A stretch of DNA of 64,000 bases, taken from an archaeon. GTDB lineage: Archaea; Nanobdellota; Nanobdellia; SCGC-AAA011-G17; GW2011-AR17. The notes under the pieces were generated by a model that was not told the DNA's origin, made no database searches, and worked only from the letters and a program-made list of their open reading frames with translations. The position numbers were made by a program, and so were the translations under genes. The stretch lies in assembly GCA_018656555.1 (NCBI GenBank), contig JABHZQ010000020.1:10764-74763 (forward strand), in the 5' to 3' direction. Position 1 is the stretch's first letter. Every line of letters starts with the position of its first letter. Positions 29,981 through 40,125 of the stretch are shown here, piece by piece.

Positions 29981-31117
29981 TTGCGTATGGATATAGCAAG
30001 AGAGTATCATTTAAAGTCTTTGTTTACAAGAGAATTGTTTGAGATTTATTTTCTTTTGATTACTAGGGCCTTATCTTTTTCTATGATTGGAATTTTTATT
30101 CCTTTGTATTTGTTTGTAGAATTAAGTTATAGTTTGAATTGGGTTATTTATTACTATCTTGCTTTTATTTTGTCTTTTTTCCTTTTTCAGTATATTGCAA
30201 CTTTTGTAATTATGAGGTTTGGTGCTAAACATTCGATGATTACTGGTGTATTTTTTACTATAGGGATGATTTTTCTTATTTATTTTTTAAGAGATTATTC
30301 TTTCTTATTTTTTCCAGCTGCTATATTTTATGGAATACAGGGTGCTTTTTTTTGGATGGGATTTCATATTGATGCGGTTTTAAAGGGAAGAAAGAGAGAT
30401 TTTGGAAAGGAGTCAGCGATTATAGAGACTGGTTTGATTTTACCTTCTATTATAGGTCCGATTGTTGGTGGGCTTTTGATTAAGTTTTTTGGATTTGGTG
30501 CTCTTTATGGTGTGGCTATATGTATTTTGATTGTTTCTTTTATTCCTTTGTTATTTTCTAAAGAGGTTTATGCTAGAGAGAAGTTGAATTTAAAATCTTT
30601 TTTTGATAAAGATCATTTGAAGTATTTCTTTATTTACTTTGCACAAGGTATTGGATTTATTTCTGGACATGTTTTTTGGACTTTGTTTATTTTTGCAGTT
30701 ATTGGTGGATATTTATCAATGGGAGTTTATGGTTCTGTAGCTACCTTATTAGTTTGTCTAATAACTCTATTTATTGGTAAGGTTGTTGATGAAGGTAAGA
30801 AGAGTAAGTTTGTGGTTAGATTAGGAACTGGATTTAATATACTATTTTGGATTTTGAAGATCTTTGTAAGTAATATTTTTCAAGTGTTTGCAGTGGGTAC
30901 TTTAAGGAGTGCAGCTTCACATGTGATTGATGTTCCTTTTTTAGCTAAGACTTATAGTACAGCTAAGGGACATAAAGCTATTAGTCATATATTATTTAGA
31001 GAAACTTGTTTGAGAATTGGTCAAATCTTTTGTTTGGTTTTAGTGTTAATAATAGGAAAAATAGAATCTTCTTTTATCATCTCTGCAATTGCAAGTGTAG
31101 CTTTTTTCTTTTTTTAA
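29981..31117 (+). CDS. MFS transporter
   Basis: About 12 hydrophobic segments, GPIVGG motif. Confidence 0.85.
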   Translation: MRMDIAREYHLKSLFTRELFEIYFLLITRALSFSMIGIFIPLYLFVELSYSLNWVIYYYLAFILSFFLFQYIATFVIMRFGAKHSMITGVFFTIGMIFLIYFLRDYSFLFFPAAIFYGIQGAFFWMGFHIDAVLKGRKRDFGKESAIIETGLILPSIIGPIVGGLLIKFFGFGALYGVAICILIVSFIPLLFSKEVYAREKLNLKSFFDKDHLKYFFIYFAQGIGFISGHVFWTLFIFAVIGGYLSMGVYGSVATLLVCLITLFIGKVVDEGKKSKFVVRLGTGFNILFWILKIFVSNIFQVFAVGTLRSAASHVIDVPFLAKTYSTAKGHKAISHILFRETCLRIGQIFCLVLVLIIGKIESSFIISAIASVAFFFF

Positions 31118-31338
31118 CCTAATCTAGTGTCTAGGTCATCTTTTTTAGCTTTACCAGCTTTACTGGCTTCAGCTTCAAGATCAACACCAAGTTCTTTCAA
31201 TGCTTTTACATGTGCTTCGATTTGTTGTTGAACCACTTGTAATAGTTTGTAGAATTCTTGTTGTTCAATTGCTAATACTGATAGTGCACCCTTATGGATA
31301 CCAATTTGTTCTTCTTTTGTTGGTTTTTTTTCTTCCAT
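31114..31338 (-). CDS. Small hypothetical protein
   Basis: 74-aa helical ORF with upstream TTTATAA box. Confidence 0.6.
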   Translation of the reverse strand: MEEKKPTKEEQIGIHKGALSVLAIEQQEFYKLLQVVQQQIEAHVKALKELGVDLEAEASKAGKAKKDDLDTRLG

Positions 31339-31351
31339 TGTAATCTATATT

Positions 31352-31687
31352 TTGAAGGAAATACTTATAAAGGTTATGGTAAAAATGAGAATTATGGCTA
31401 AAGAAAAGAAAGCAGAGGCTAAGAAATTTAGTTTAGAGGCTCTAATTGAGAGAATATTGCCCAAAAGTGAAGGAAAGGGGCTTATTTCGGGTAGTTATAA
31501 CCTTGCTCAATCTTTGTTGCAATATGTAGGAAAGGGCACAGATTTGGCTGTTTATGGTATTAAAAGCACCTATAGTGCAGGTTTAAAGTTTGCTAGAGAG
31601 AGACCAGAATTGACTGTTGCTTTTCTTTGTGTGGCACCTTTGCCAATATTGTATTATATGCCCTATATTCCGATTATAGGCCTTTAA
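31352..31687 (+). CDS. Hypothetical protein with C-terminal TM (true start probably later)
   Basis: ORF track; hydrophobic C-terminus. Confidence 0.45.
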   Translation: MKEILIKVMVKMRIMAKEKKAEAKKFSLEALIERILPKSEGKGLISGSYNLAQSLLQYVGKGTDLAVYGIKSTYSAGLKFARERPELTVAFLCVAPLPILYYMPYIPIIGL

Positions 31688-32720
31688 TTCTCCAATAACT
31701 ATCCCAAGCCTTTAGAATTTTTTTGTATTTGATAAAAATTATAGGATAATGGTGATGTAATGCAATTAGGAATTTTTCTCTAAATCCTGGTGCGGTTTCT
31801 GTATCTGGATCATCTTTTTCTAGTAATGGTTTTTCAATTCTTCCAAAAGGTGTGTACATATGGTTAACAAATGTTTGCCAGTCTTTTCCAATTCTTTCTA
31901 ACCATGCATTTTCATCTTCAGAATTTACTCCCCAGCCATTATCACTTCCTTTCATTACCTTGAATCCTTTTTCATTTATTCTTTGTTCTATTCTGGCAAC
32001 ATATTTTTCCCAGGTTTCTCCTCTTTCTCTGTAGATTATTTCTGTTTCTTTGGGTAGTTTTACAAATCCTACAAAAAAGATATCTGCAGGATGACCACCA
32101 TAGAATGTTATGTTGGATTTTTTTAATTGTTTAAATGGAGTTAAGATTGCTGCATTTGTATCTCTCCAACCTTCTGGTTTTGCTCCATGGGCAGTTACTA
32201 CATGATTTAATGTGAAATGGACAGTAGCTTTCCATCTTGATGCATGCCAGAATTTGGATCTAACTAGTCTTCTTCTTTCACAACTTTGTTCAAAGTATTC
32301 CTTGTTTGTCATACTTACTGCAATTAAATCCTCTTCTTTGAATTCTCTAAAGTCTTTTGATTGAATGACAAGTCTTTTTAATTCATCTTGAGCTTCCTTT
32401 AGATTACAGGTAGTATTTACTACTGTTTTTTTATGTTTTATTTGAACCCTACAGGTTGGTTTTGAGAAATGTAAGAATTTTTGGAAGTCTAGTATTTCTG
32501 TTTCTATCTCTGATATTTTGAAAGATTGGCTTTTTTGCATTTCATCGTCATAGATGGTGGTATTTCTTAGTCCTAATCCTCTAGGGAAGAATAAGTCTAT
32601 AGTGGGGTATTTTTCATCTGTTGTAAGTTTTAAATAAGGATTGAATTTAACAATAATATGTGATTTTTCATCAGTGCTTTCTACTTTTAGAACAATATTA
32701 TCTACTTCTAGATTACTCAT
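31674..32720 (-). CDS. Hypothetical protein
   Basis: 348-aa ORF; conserved-looking TVHFTLNHVVTAHG...W motif. Confidence 0.6.
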   Translation of the reverse strand: MSNLEVDNIVLKVESTDEKSHIIVKFNPYLKLTTDEKYPTIDLFFPRGLGLRNTTIYDDEMQKSQSFKISEIETEILDFQKFLHFSKPTCRVQIKHKKTVVNTTCNLKEAQDELKRLVIQSKDFREFKEEDLIAVSMTNKEYFEQSCERRRLVRSKFWHASRWKATVHFTLNHVVTAHGAKPEGWRDTNAAILTPFKQLKKSNITFYGGHPADIFFVGFVKLPKETEIIYRERGETWEKYVARIEQRINEKGFKVMKGSDNGWGVNSEDENAWLERIGKDWQTFVNHMYTPFGRIEKPLLEKDDPDTETAPGFREKFLIALHHHYPIIFIKYKKILKAWDSYWRIKGL

Positions 32721-32758
32721 ATATTTTTTTAAGATTTATTTTTTTATAAATGTTACTC

Positions 32759-32995
32759 TTATAGAAACTCATTATGTCCAAAATGAATTATTAAATCATA
32801 TTTTTCTTTTGGAGTGTCACAAGCACCATAGCAAGAATCTAAAGATATGATTATCTTTGCTTTTGTATGTTTTTTTAATTGATCTACTATTTTAGTAGCT
32901 TCAGGTTTTAGACCATCTGCTAATTGGATTAGAATTGTCTTTGGTTTTTCTTTTTTTATTGTTGCAATTACTTTTTTTAGTTCTAGATCAAACAT
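32759..32995 (-). CDS. dph2: Diphthamide synthesis Dph2, N-terminal domain only
   Basis: LIQLADGLK...SCYGACD...IIHFGH; 78 aa versus about 320-340 aa for full-length archaeal Dph2. Confidence 0.8.
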   Translation of the reverse strand: MFDLELKKVIATIKKEKPKTILIQLADGLKPEATKIVDQLKKHTKAKIIISLDSCYGACDTPKEKYDLIIHFGHNEFL

Positions 32996-33046
32996 TTGTT
33001 TTATTAATGAATTGTTCTTTTTATATATTATGTTTTATGAACAAAG

Positions 33047-34369
33047 TTAAATGTTATTTAATTCTTCAGAATATATAGATTTTAATGGTTTTACTATGTT
33101 CTTTGGTAAATTTTTCATTGAGTGTAGTTTGAAGAAGTGGTTGATTAATTGGTCTTCTCTTTCTTGTGCTTCTGCTAGGAATTGTTTTTTGAATAGATCT
33201 ATTAGATATCCTCTTGCTTTGTTTTTGTATGCTAAATAGAATGCTAAGAGTTGTTGGTCTCTGGCTTCTTCACTTTTTTCATAACAGTCTGCTTCCTTTC
33301 CTTGGAAAAGGCAGTATAACTTTTTGTGTTCTTTATTGAATAATGGTTTGAGATTTGCTATTTTTGGATTGATGTTGTTTGCAACTAAGAATAAACCCAG
33401 TCTTGCACATTTTGAACATTCATGACACCATCTGGATTCTAATGAAGCGTCAAGACAATCACAGGATATTTCATATTTTGCAAAATCTGGATATCTTTTG
33501 AAGAGTACTCTCATTATTGCTATATTTGTAAGTGGTTGGATTAAGCTGGATAGCTTTGCTTCTTTGTTTGTGATTAGGGATAGCATTATGTTTTGCTGTC
33601 GCATCCATTCTCTTGTTTGATCATATGCTGGATAGGTTCGGTAGCCTTCTTTATTTACAAAGTAGAAGTTCATGTCTTCTTGGTTGCCAACTATTATGTG
33701 CTTTGCTTTGTAGTAGTGTGAGAAAGGGAGAGCAAGTAGTGAGAATCCTGTTAACATGTGGGTGTAACCTAGACAGGTTTCTTCAGTGTCCCAGGTTTCA
33801 AAGTCATTTAACTTTTCTAATTCATTTTTTACAATATGGATTGGAATCTTATGTTCGTTTGATATTTTTTCCATATGTTTTAGTTTTAGTTTGTTTTCTG
33901 TAGGTGATACAGTATCATTTATGTAGACTCCAACAGGGTTTAGATCTAATTCTTGTGCTGCTGCTAGTGAGAGTAAGGAATCTTTTCCTGCTGAGAAAGA
34001 TACTATTGCATTTTCTTCTAGCTGTTCTTTGTAATTTGGATATTTTACTTGATTGTTCTTGAATTTGTAATCTATGTTTAGGAATTGTTTGATTGTTTCT
34101 TGTGTTGATTGATCATAATCATCTGTTGAATGGGCTATTGAATTGATTATTGCAGTTGAGAAGAATGATTTTAAGAGAGGTAGTGAAGTATTATAGTTTA
34201 CTTTGTTGTTTTTTGAGATTAAAGGGGTGTTGATAGTTAGTAAATGTGCTAGGTTGTCTGTTAAGAACTCTTTTTCAGGATAGGCTTGCCAAATTAATTT
34301 TGGAAACTTTAATTGGTACTTGTTGTTTATTGTTATTCCATTTGGTTGTCTCTTTATTTCTAAGTCCAT
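33047..34369 (-). CDS. PP-loop (adenine nucleotide alpha-hydrolase) enzyme, MurL-like
   Basis: SFSAGKDS PP-loop; SC...WCHECSKC Cys cluster. Confidence 0.6.
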   Translation of the reverse strand: MDLEIKRQPNGITINNKYQLKFPKLIWQAYPEKEFLTDNLAHLLTINTPLISKNNKVNYNTSLPLLKSFFSTAIINSIAHSTDDYDQSTQETIKQFLNIDYKFKNNQVKYPNYKEQLEENAIVSFSAGKDSLLSLAAAQELDLNPVGVYINDTVSPTENKLKLKHMEKISNEHKIPIHIVKNELEKLNDFETWDTEETCLGYTHMLTGFSLLALPFSHYYKAKHIIVGNQEDMNFYFVNKEGYRTYPAYDQTREWMRQQNIMLSLITNKEAKLSSLIQPLTNIAIMRVLFKRYPDFAKYEISCDCLDASLESRWCHECSKCARLGLFLVANNINPKIANLKPLFNKEHKKLYCLFQGKEADCYEKSEEARDQQLLAFYLAYKNKARGYLIDLFKKQFLAEAQEREDQLINHFFKLHSMKNLPKNIVKPLKSIYSEELNNI

Positions 34370-34411
34370 GTAACAAACTTAAGAATTAAGATATTTATAG
34401 TTTATTGTAGT

Positions 34412-35581
34412 CTATTTGAGGTATTTTACCATAAATGGATATATACTTACTAAAGATATTAACATGATAATACCAAAAACCAAATAACCATAACTATAAG
34501 AAATTACCATAATAAAACCTGCTAGATAGGCTAACACAGATTGAAATAATTTTCCTATTTGTTGTTTTATTGATAACATAGTAGCTTTAAATCTTCTATT
34601 GAGTAAGAAGTTATTAATGTAATACTCATCAATTAATGAGTTTCTTGCATGAAAGTATCCTACTTGTATTGCAAATATTAAACCAAGAATATATGGATTT
34701 AGTAGTTGTGAGATTAGTATAAATGATCCAGAAAAGAAAACCATTTCAAAAAATAATAGCTTTTTGATATTTATTTTTTTAATTTGTTTTAGGTTATGGC
34801 CTATAACAAACCAAAATACTCTTGAAAGGGCCATTATTGAACCTATTAAAATAATTGGGAATCCTAATAATGCTACAAAAGGTTCTTTATAGACCGATAG
34901 ACTAAATACAAATGCACTAATAATCCCTAAAAATAAGGATGTGATGTAAAATCCAGTTCCTTTGAATTTTTTTAATTGAGACCATATCTTTTCTCCTTCT
35001 TCATCTTCAGCACTATATTTTATTTTAGGGGAAAATAATGAAAAGGCCATTACAATTCCAATTAGATCAAAGATTAGAAATACTTTTATAGGTAAAACTA
35101 AAGAAATTCCTGCTAGTAAAGGTAATAGTAAGATCATTACTGCTGAAACTAATGATGCCTTTGCATGTAGTTTTCCAAAAATTTCACCATATTCTTTTTC
35201 TCTTTTTAATCCTACAAGGGTGTTATGTAGAAAGGCTCCACTTGTTCCAGAGGTAAATGAGAATCCGAATCCCATAAAAATTGCTCCTAGGATAAAATAA
35301 GGGAATGAATTACCAAAAATAAAGAATAAAGTAGATATTAGCATAGAGAATTTTGCCATTATTAATGTTTTTTTATGTCCAAATATATCTGAAATATATC
35401 CAGAAGGTATTTCTAGAATAAATCCAGCAAACCAACCTATTCCTGTGTATATTCCTATTTGTTGGGCAGTTGTATTTGGAAGAGATAGAAAATATAGAGC
35501 TAAGATAGGGATATAATTTCTTCTATTACTTACTATAAGTATGAAAAATTTCCAAATATTAGCTTGTAATTCTTTTTTCAC
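34412..35581 (-). CDS. MFS transporter
   Basis: LEIPSGYISDIFGHKK MFS motif A; about 12 TM. Confidence 0.9.
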   Translation of the reverse strand: MKKELQANIWKFFILIVSNRRNYIPILALYFLSLPNTTAQQIGIYTGIGWFAGFILEIPSGYISDIFGHKKTLIMAKFSMLISTLFFIFGNSFPYFILGAIFMGFGFSFTSGTSGAFLHNTLVGLKREKEYGEIFGKLHAKASLVSAVMILLLPLLAGISLVLPIKVFLIFDLIGIVMAFSLFSPKIKYSAEDEEGEKIWSQLKKFKGTGFYITSLFLGIISAFVFSLSVYKEPFVALLGFPIILIGSIMALSRVFWFVIGHNLKQIKKINIKKLLFFEMVFFSGSFILISQLLNPYILGLIFAIQVGYFHARNSLIDEYYINNFLLNRRFKATMLSIKQQIGKLFQSVLAYLAGFIMVISYSYGYLVFGIIMLISLVSIYPFMVKYLK

Positions 35582-35620
35582 ATAATCAACAATATATTAT
35601 AGGTTATAATTATATCGAAT

Positions 35621-37258
35621 TTAGAATAATTCACTTAGATTTAATTCAAAGGCAGCAACTGGGAATTCTAGTGAAAAGTTTTCAAGAACTTGTGGATGAA
35701 TTTCACCAATGTATGCAACATCTTTACCTTTTACTGTGATCCTAGCTGTTCTTCCAGGAATAAAAGAGGGATGTTCTGCTTCTTTTGTTTCATATTTAAT
35801 GTTTAACATTCTCATTAGGTAGTCGAAGGATTGTTTTATTTTTGTGAAGTTGGCTGTTGCATCACAAACTAGTACAGCAACTCTATCATTTTCTTCTACT
35901 CCACTTTCAGTTTTACCTTTTTTGAAGATTCTTCCTATGGTGAATATGTTTTGAGGATAGTCATATTGTTTGTTTTCACTTAGAATTTGTAATAATGAAG
36001 GAATTATCCAAGCTCTTAGGGTTGAGTACTCTTGGCTGAATGCATTTGCTAGTTTTATTGTATGCATTTTAGTATTCATTTTCTTGGTTTGTAGATCTTC
36101 ATTTGTAAGATTGTAAGTATCACATTCTAGAAGTTGATTTCCAGCTAATATTTCAGCTACTTTTCTTTTGAATATTTCAAAAGGGTTTTCTTTTCCAATT
36201 GTTGCTACATTTGGAATCTCAGCATCAAAGTTTTCATATCCATAAGCAATTGCAATGTCCTCAGCAAAATCTACTTGATGCATTATATCTGCCCTATAAG
36301 CAGGAACTAGAACTTTGCCCTTTGCATAACCATATCCCATTTTTTCTAGTAATGTTTTTACTTCTTTTTCTTTTAGATTTAATCCCAGTCTTTTATTTAT
36401 GTAATCTATATCCATGTTCCAGGATTTGGGTTTTAGATCTGGACAATCAAATTTTAACTTTTCTTTTGGAATTTCTACTTTAAGTGAATAAATCTTTCCA
36501 CCCATATCAGATAGTGCTGTAGCAATAATGTTGATTGCTTGTTTAATGATCTTAAGATCTGGACCAGTAGCTTCAATGAAAACATCAGTTGTTGTCTCAT
36601 CAATCTTTCCAACATCATGAGAGTTGATAACTGGCGGCATTGACATAAAGGTTCCATTTGCATCTGTGAAGACTGGGAATGTTTTCCAATTTTCCATTAG
36701 ATGGCCATATTCTCTTCCTTTTGGATGTTGACTTAGCATTTGTAATGCAGTTATTTCTTTTGGAAATTCTAATGGTCTAAATTTAATCTCTTTTGGATTT
36801 TTACCTGAGAATGTGATTGGGAATTTAACTTTATTTACTGGATATAATCCAATTCCACCCTTAGCCCTGTTTCTTGTTAGGGTTGTTCCTAGTTTTTCTT
36901 GAATTTGGATGATCTCTCTGACTTTTTCATCATCTAGTTTTAATCCTCTTACCACACAACCTATTGCATAAGGCCATTCCTTTGGTAAGTTTTTAACAAT
37001 AAGTTTATCATTAGTTTTGTTTACTTTATATTCTTTTAATCCGGTTTTTACACCAATGAATGAGGAGAAGGCTCTTGCAAATCCTTGTTCTGATAACATA
37101 TCTGGTCTATTGGGAAATATCTCTACTGAGATTTCATCTCCTTCAATGCTATCTAGATCAGTACCCATCATAGAAATTCTATCTTTTAGTTTTTCAATTG
37201 GGAGTTTCTTACCTACTAACTTTTCAAATACTTTTTTGTTTAGTTTTACAGTTGGCAT
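35621..37258 (-). CDS. pheT: Phenylalanyl-tRNA synthetase beta subunit
   Basis: PNRPDMLS, YRADIMHQVDFAEDIAIAYGY, GEIHPQVL. Confidence 0.97.
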   Translation of the reverse strand: MPTVKLNKKVFEKLVGKKLPIEKLKDRISMMGTDLDSIEGDEISVEIFPNRPDMLSEQGFARAFSSFIGVKTGLKEYKVNKTNDKLIVKNLPKEWPYAIGCVVRGLKLDDEKVREIIQIQEKLGTTLTRNRAKGGIGLYPVNKVKFPITFSGKNPKEIKFRPLEFPKEITALQMLSQHPKGREYGHLMENWKTFPVFTDANGTFMSMPPVINSHDVGKIDETTTDVFIEATGPDLKIIKQAINIIATALSDMGGKIYSLKVEIPKEKLKFDCPDLKPKSWNMDIDYINKRLGLNLKEKEVKTLLEKMGYGYAKGKVLVPAYRADIMHQVDFAEDIAIAYGYENFDAEIPNVATIGKENPFEIFKRKVAEILAGNQLLECDTYNLTNEDLQTKKMNTKMHTIKLANAFSQEYSTLRAWIIPSLLQILSENKQYDYPQNIFTIGRIFKKGKTESGVEENDRVAVLVCDATANFTKIKQSFDYLMRMLNIKYETKEAEHPSFIPGRTARITVKGKDVAYIGEIHPQVLENFSLEFPVAAFELNLSELF

Positions 37259-37259
37259 T

Positions 37260-38756
37260 TTATTTTATCCAGTTTTTAATCTCCCTTAATTGTTTAAGAT
37301 CATTTTTGTAAAGTTCTCTAATATCATTTATTTTGTAAAATTCAAGGATTATTCTATCAAAACCAGGACCCCAAGCTAATACTGGTACATCCTTACCTAA
37401 TATTGGAATTACAACTTCAGGTCTAAACATTCCTGCCCCTCCAAGTTCTACCCATTTTTTGTGAACTGGATGGAATACATCAATTTCAACTGATGGTTCA
37501 GTGTAAGGGAAATGTGCAGGTCTGAATCTTGCTTTAGGGAATCCCATTTTAGTGAAGAATTGCTTCAAATAACCAAGCAAGTGTCTGAAATTAGCATTTT
37601 CATCAATTACAATTCCTTCTGTTTGATTGAATTCAAATATGTGGCTCCAGTCTAAAGCTTCATTTCTATAACATCTACCTAGTGCAAAGTATTTTTTTGG
37701 TAGATCTTTAATATCTAACTGTGCAATTGTTCTTGCAGATAGATTAGTAGTGTGTGTTCTTAGGACATTTCTCTTTGCATCATTTTCATCCCATTTATAT
37801 TGCCAACCAGTACTTCCAGGAGTGCCTTTCTCATGAGCTTTTTTAACTTTACTTACAAATTCTTTTGGAAGTTTTGCATCTCTTGGATTTGCTATGTAAA
37901 AAGTATCTTGTAAATCTCTTACTGGGTGATCTTGTGCTGTGAATAATGAATCAAAAACCCAGAAGCTTGAATCTAACATTGGACCAGTCATTTCTTCGAA
38001 TCCCATTTCTAGCCAGATCTTCTTTGCATAGTCTGTTGCCTGCTTTACAAAGTGTCTTTTTCCACCATAAATGTTTGGAACATTGATTTTTACATCATAT
38101 CTTCTGAATTCTTTATCTTTCCAGGTTCCTTTTTTTATGTGTGCTGGAGTTAAAGCTTCAATTAGATCTAGGTCTAGTTTTTGTTTTATTAGTTTTTTAC
38201 CTAGTAATGTTAATTTTATTGTTCTTATTTTTTCTAGATTTGTTTCTATGATATTTTTTCTTTTCTTTAGATTATTATATGCTAGTTTGTTCTCATTTTC
38301 TATTTCTTTTAGATCTTTAGGTAATTTTGATAGGAATATTTCCTCTATGAAATCTTTTGTTAGAAGTTTTCTTCCATTGGGGCTTAGTGTTATTTCTTTG
38401 CCCATTTGAATTGCTGCTTTTTTCTTTAGTTCCCCTATTGCAATGTTTAATTCGGATTTGGGAAGATCTATGTTTTTTATTGTAAGTTTACCCTTATCTT
38501 TTAATTGATCTAGAAGTCTTCTTTCTGGTAGTTTAACTTTGGTATATTTCTTTCCAAGCTCACCAAGAGTTACTAGTTCTTTAAGCTCTAAACTAATTTC
38601 AATAACTTTTTTGTTTTGTAGCCATTGAAGGGCTCTCATTACTTCCACTTCTTGTTTTTTTGTTTTTTTGACTAATTGTTTTAGAGTTATAGAATCTTCT
38701 ACTTTAGGTAAGACTTCCCTTTCAAGAGGACTTAGACTTTTTATTAAGTCGTTCAT
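37260..38756 (-). CDS. pheS: Phenylalanyl-tRNA synthetase alpha subunit (archaeal long form)
   Basis: QDHPVRDLQDTF, LRTHTT, FPYTEPS, ELGGAGMFRPEV. Confidence 0.97.
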   Translation of the reverse strand: MNDLIKSLSPLEREVLPKVEDSITLKQLVKKTKKQEVEVMRALQWLQNKKVIEISLELKELVTLGELGKKYTKVKLPERRLLDQLKDKGKLTIKNIDLPKSELNIAIGELKKKAAIQMGKEITLSPNGRKLLTKDFIEEIFLSKLPKDLKEIENENKLAYNNLKKRKNIIETNLEKIRTIKLTLLGKKLIKQKLDLDLIEALTPAHIKKGTWKDKEFRRYDVKINVPNIYGGKRHFVKQATDYAKKIWLEMGFEEMTGPMLDSSFWVFDSLFTAQDHPVRDLQDTFYIANPRDAKLPKEFVSKVKKAHEKGTPGSTGWQYKWDENDAKRNVLRTHTTNLSARTIAQLDIKDLPKKYFALGRCYRNEALDWSHIFEFNQTEGIVIDENANFRHLLGYLKQFFTKMGFPKARFRPAHFPYTEPSVEIDVFHPVHKKWVELGGAGMFRPEVVIPILGKDVPVLAWGPGFDRIILEFYKINDIRELYKNDLKQLREIKNWIK

Positions 38757-38809
38757 TAGAATATATAAATAATTATTATGTTTTTAAATTTATCTAAATT
38801 TTGTAGGAT

Positions 38810-39226
38810 TTAAGGATTTGTTGGAATAGTTGGTGCTTCTGCTGGAGTTTTAGGTATTTGATCTGCTGCTAAATTTTCTAGGAGAAGAAGTGTTCCATGA
38901 TCAGTTAAAATTATTATATCTTGATCTCCATCTCCTTCCATATCTCTAACTTCCATTAATGGGGAATTATCTCCATAGCTTAGATTGTCTTTAGCACATG
39001 CAGAATATATCCATTCGTTACCATTATGAGTATATTCGTCACTACAAATAACATGTCTTGCAAAAGAGGTTCCAACTAATTCATCTATTGTAGTTACTTC
39101 GGCAACAGGTTCAGGTTCAACAGGTTCAGGAACAGTTCTTCCAGTTTCATAATCATCATTACCAGAACAAGCACCTAGGGCTAATCCTAAGCCAATTGCA
39201 AAAGAAGTATAAAAAAATCTTTTCAT
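38810..39226 (-). CDS. Putative lipoprotein
   Basis: LALGAC lipobox; DMEGDGDQD Ca-loop-like motif. Confidence 0.55.
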   Translation of the reverse strand: MKRFFYTSFAIGLGLALGACSGNDDYETGRTVPEPVEPEPVAEVTTIDELVGTSFARHVICSDEYTHNGNEWIYSACAKDNLSYGDNSPLMEVRDMEGDGDQDIIILTDHGTLLLLENLAADQIPKTPAEAPTIPTNP

Positions 39227-39227
39227 T

Positions 39228-40031
39228 TTAAGCTCTTTTCAAACCTTTCCAAGATAATTCAAACATTTGACCTAGTGCTTGTGTGAAGAAAGGTGTGTTT
39301 ACCCAAACTCCCATGTCATAGGCTTCGTGTACTTCTTGGTCATCTGAAAGCATAAAGACTAATTCTTTGTCATCAACAAGAATAAATCTAGCTTTGGAAT
39401 CTTTGTCTGCAACTCTAACTTCAATAACTTCCCTTAATTCTCTTGGAATAAATGAAAGTTCTTTTACAGGTGCTGCAATTTTAATTTTAATTCCTTTACC
39501 TTTTGCTTTTTTTATTGCTGATTTTAGAAGATCAATTTTTCTTAGAAGACCTTTCTCAGTTGTCATGATAAAAACTGAGGTGTCTGCGTTTTGGATTAAG
39601 GTTTTGATATGGTCATAAAGGTTTTTTCTGCCTTTTAGAATACCTGAAAGATCTGCAGGTTCTACCTTGTCAATACCTTGTTTGTATAATAATTCAATTT
39701 CTTGGTAAATATTTGTATTTTTTACCTTATCTAATGATTGGAGATTTTCAGTAGCTTCATTTTCGATCTTTTTTCTTACTCTTTTTAAGATCTCTTCGGG
39801 CTGTACTGCAATATACTTAATAGGCTTTCCAAGCTTCATTATGATGAATCCTTTCTTTTCAAGTGATTCTAGAACGTCATAACTTCTACTTCTTGGTACA
39901 CCAGAAATATCTGCTAATTCACCAGCTGCTGCAACGCCTCTGGATAGTAATGCTGTCCATACTTTCACCTCATAAATATTAAGATCAAACGCTGATCTAA
40001 GCTTTTTTAAAAATTCATCATTAACAATCAT
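39228..40031 (-). CDS. TrmB-family transcriptional regulator
   Basis: LNIYEVKVW.ALL...SGVPRSRSYDVLESLEKKG. Confidence 0.92.
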   Translation of the reverse strand: MIVNDEFLKKLRSAFDLNIYEVKVWTALLSRGVAAAGELADISGVPRSRSYDVLESLEKKGFIIMKLGKPIKYIAVQPEEILKRVRKKIENEATENLQSLDKVKNTNIYQEIELLYKQGIDKVEPADLSGILKGRKNLYDHIKTLIQNADTSVFIMTTEKGLLRKIDLLKSAIKKAKGKGIKIKIAAPVKELSFIPRELREVIEVRVADKDSKARFILVDDKELVFMLSDDQEVHEAYDMGVWVNTPFFTQALGQMFELSWKGLKRA

Positions 40032-40125
40032 CTTTGAGTATCTCCTTTACCTCTTTAAGTAGGTTAAGAAATTAATTGTTCATTTATAAGTCTTTCGGTT
40101 TTGTTGTTATTAATTAGTAACAACT

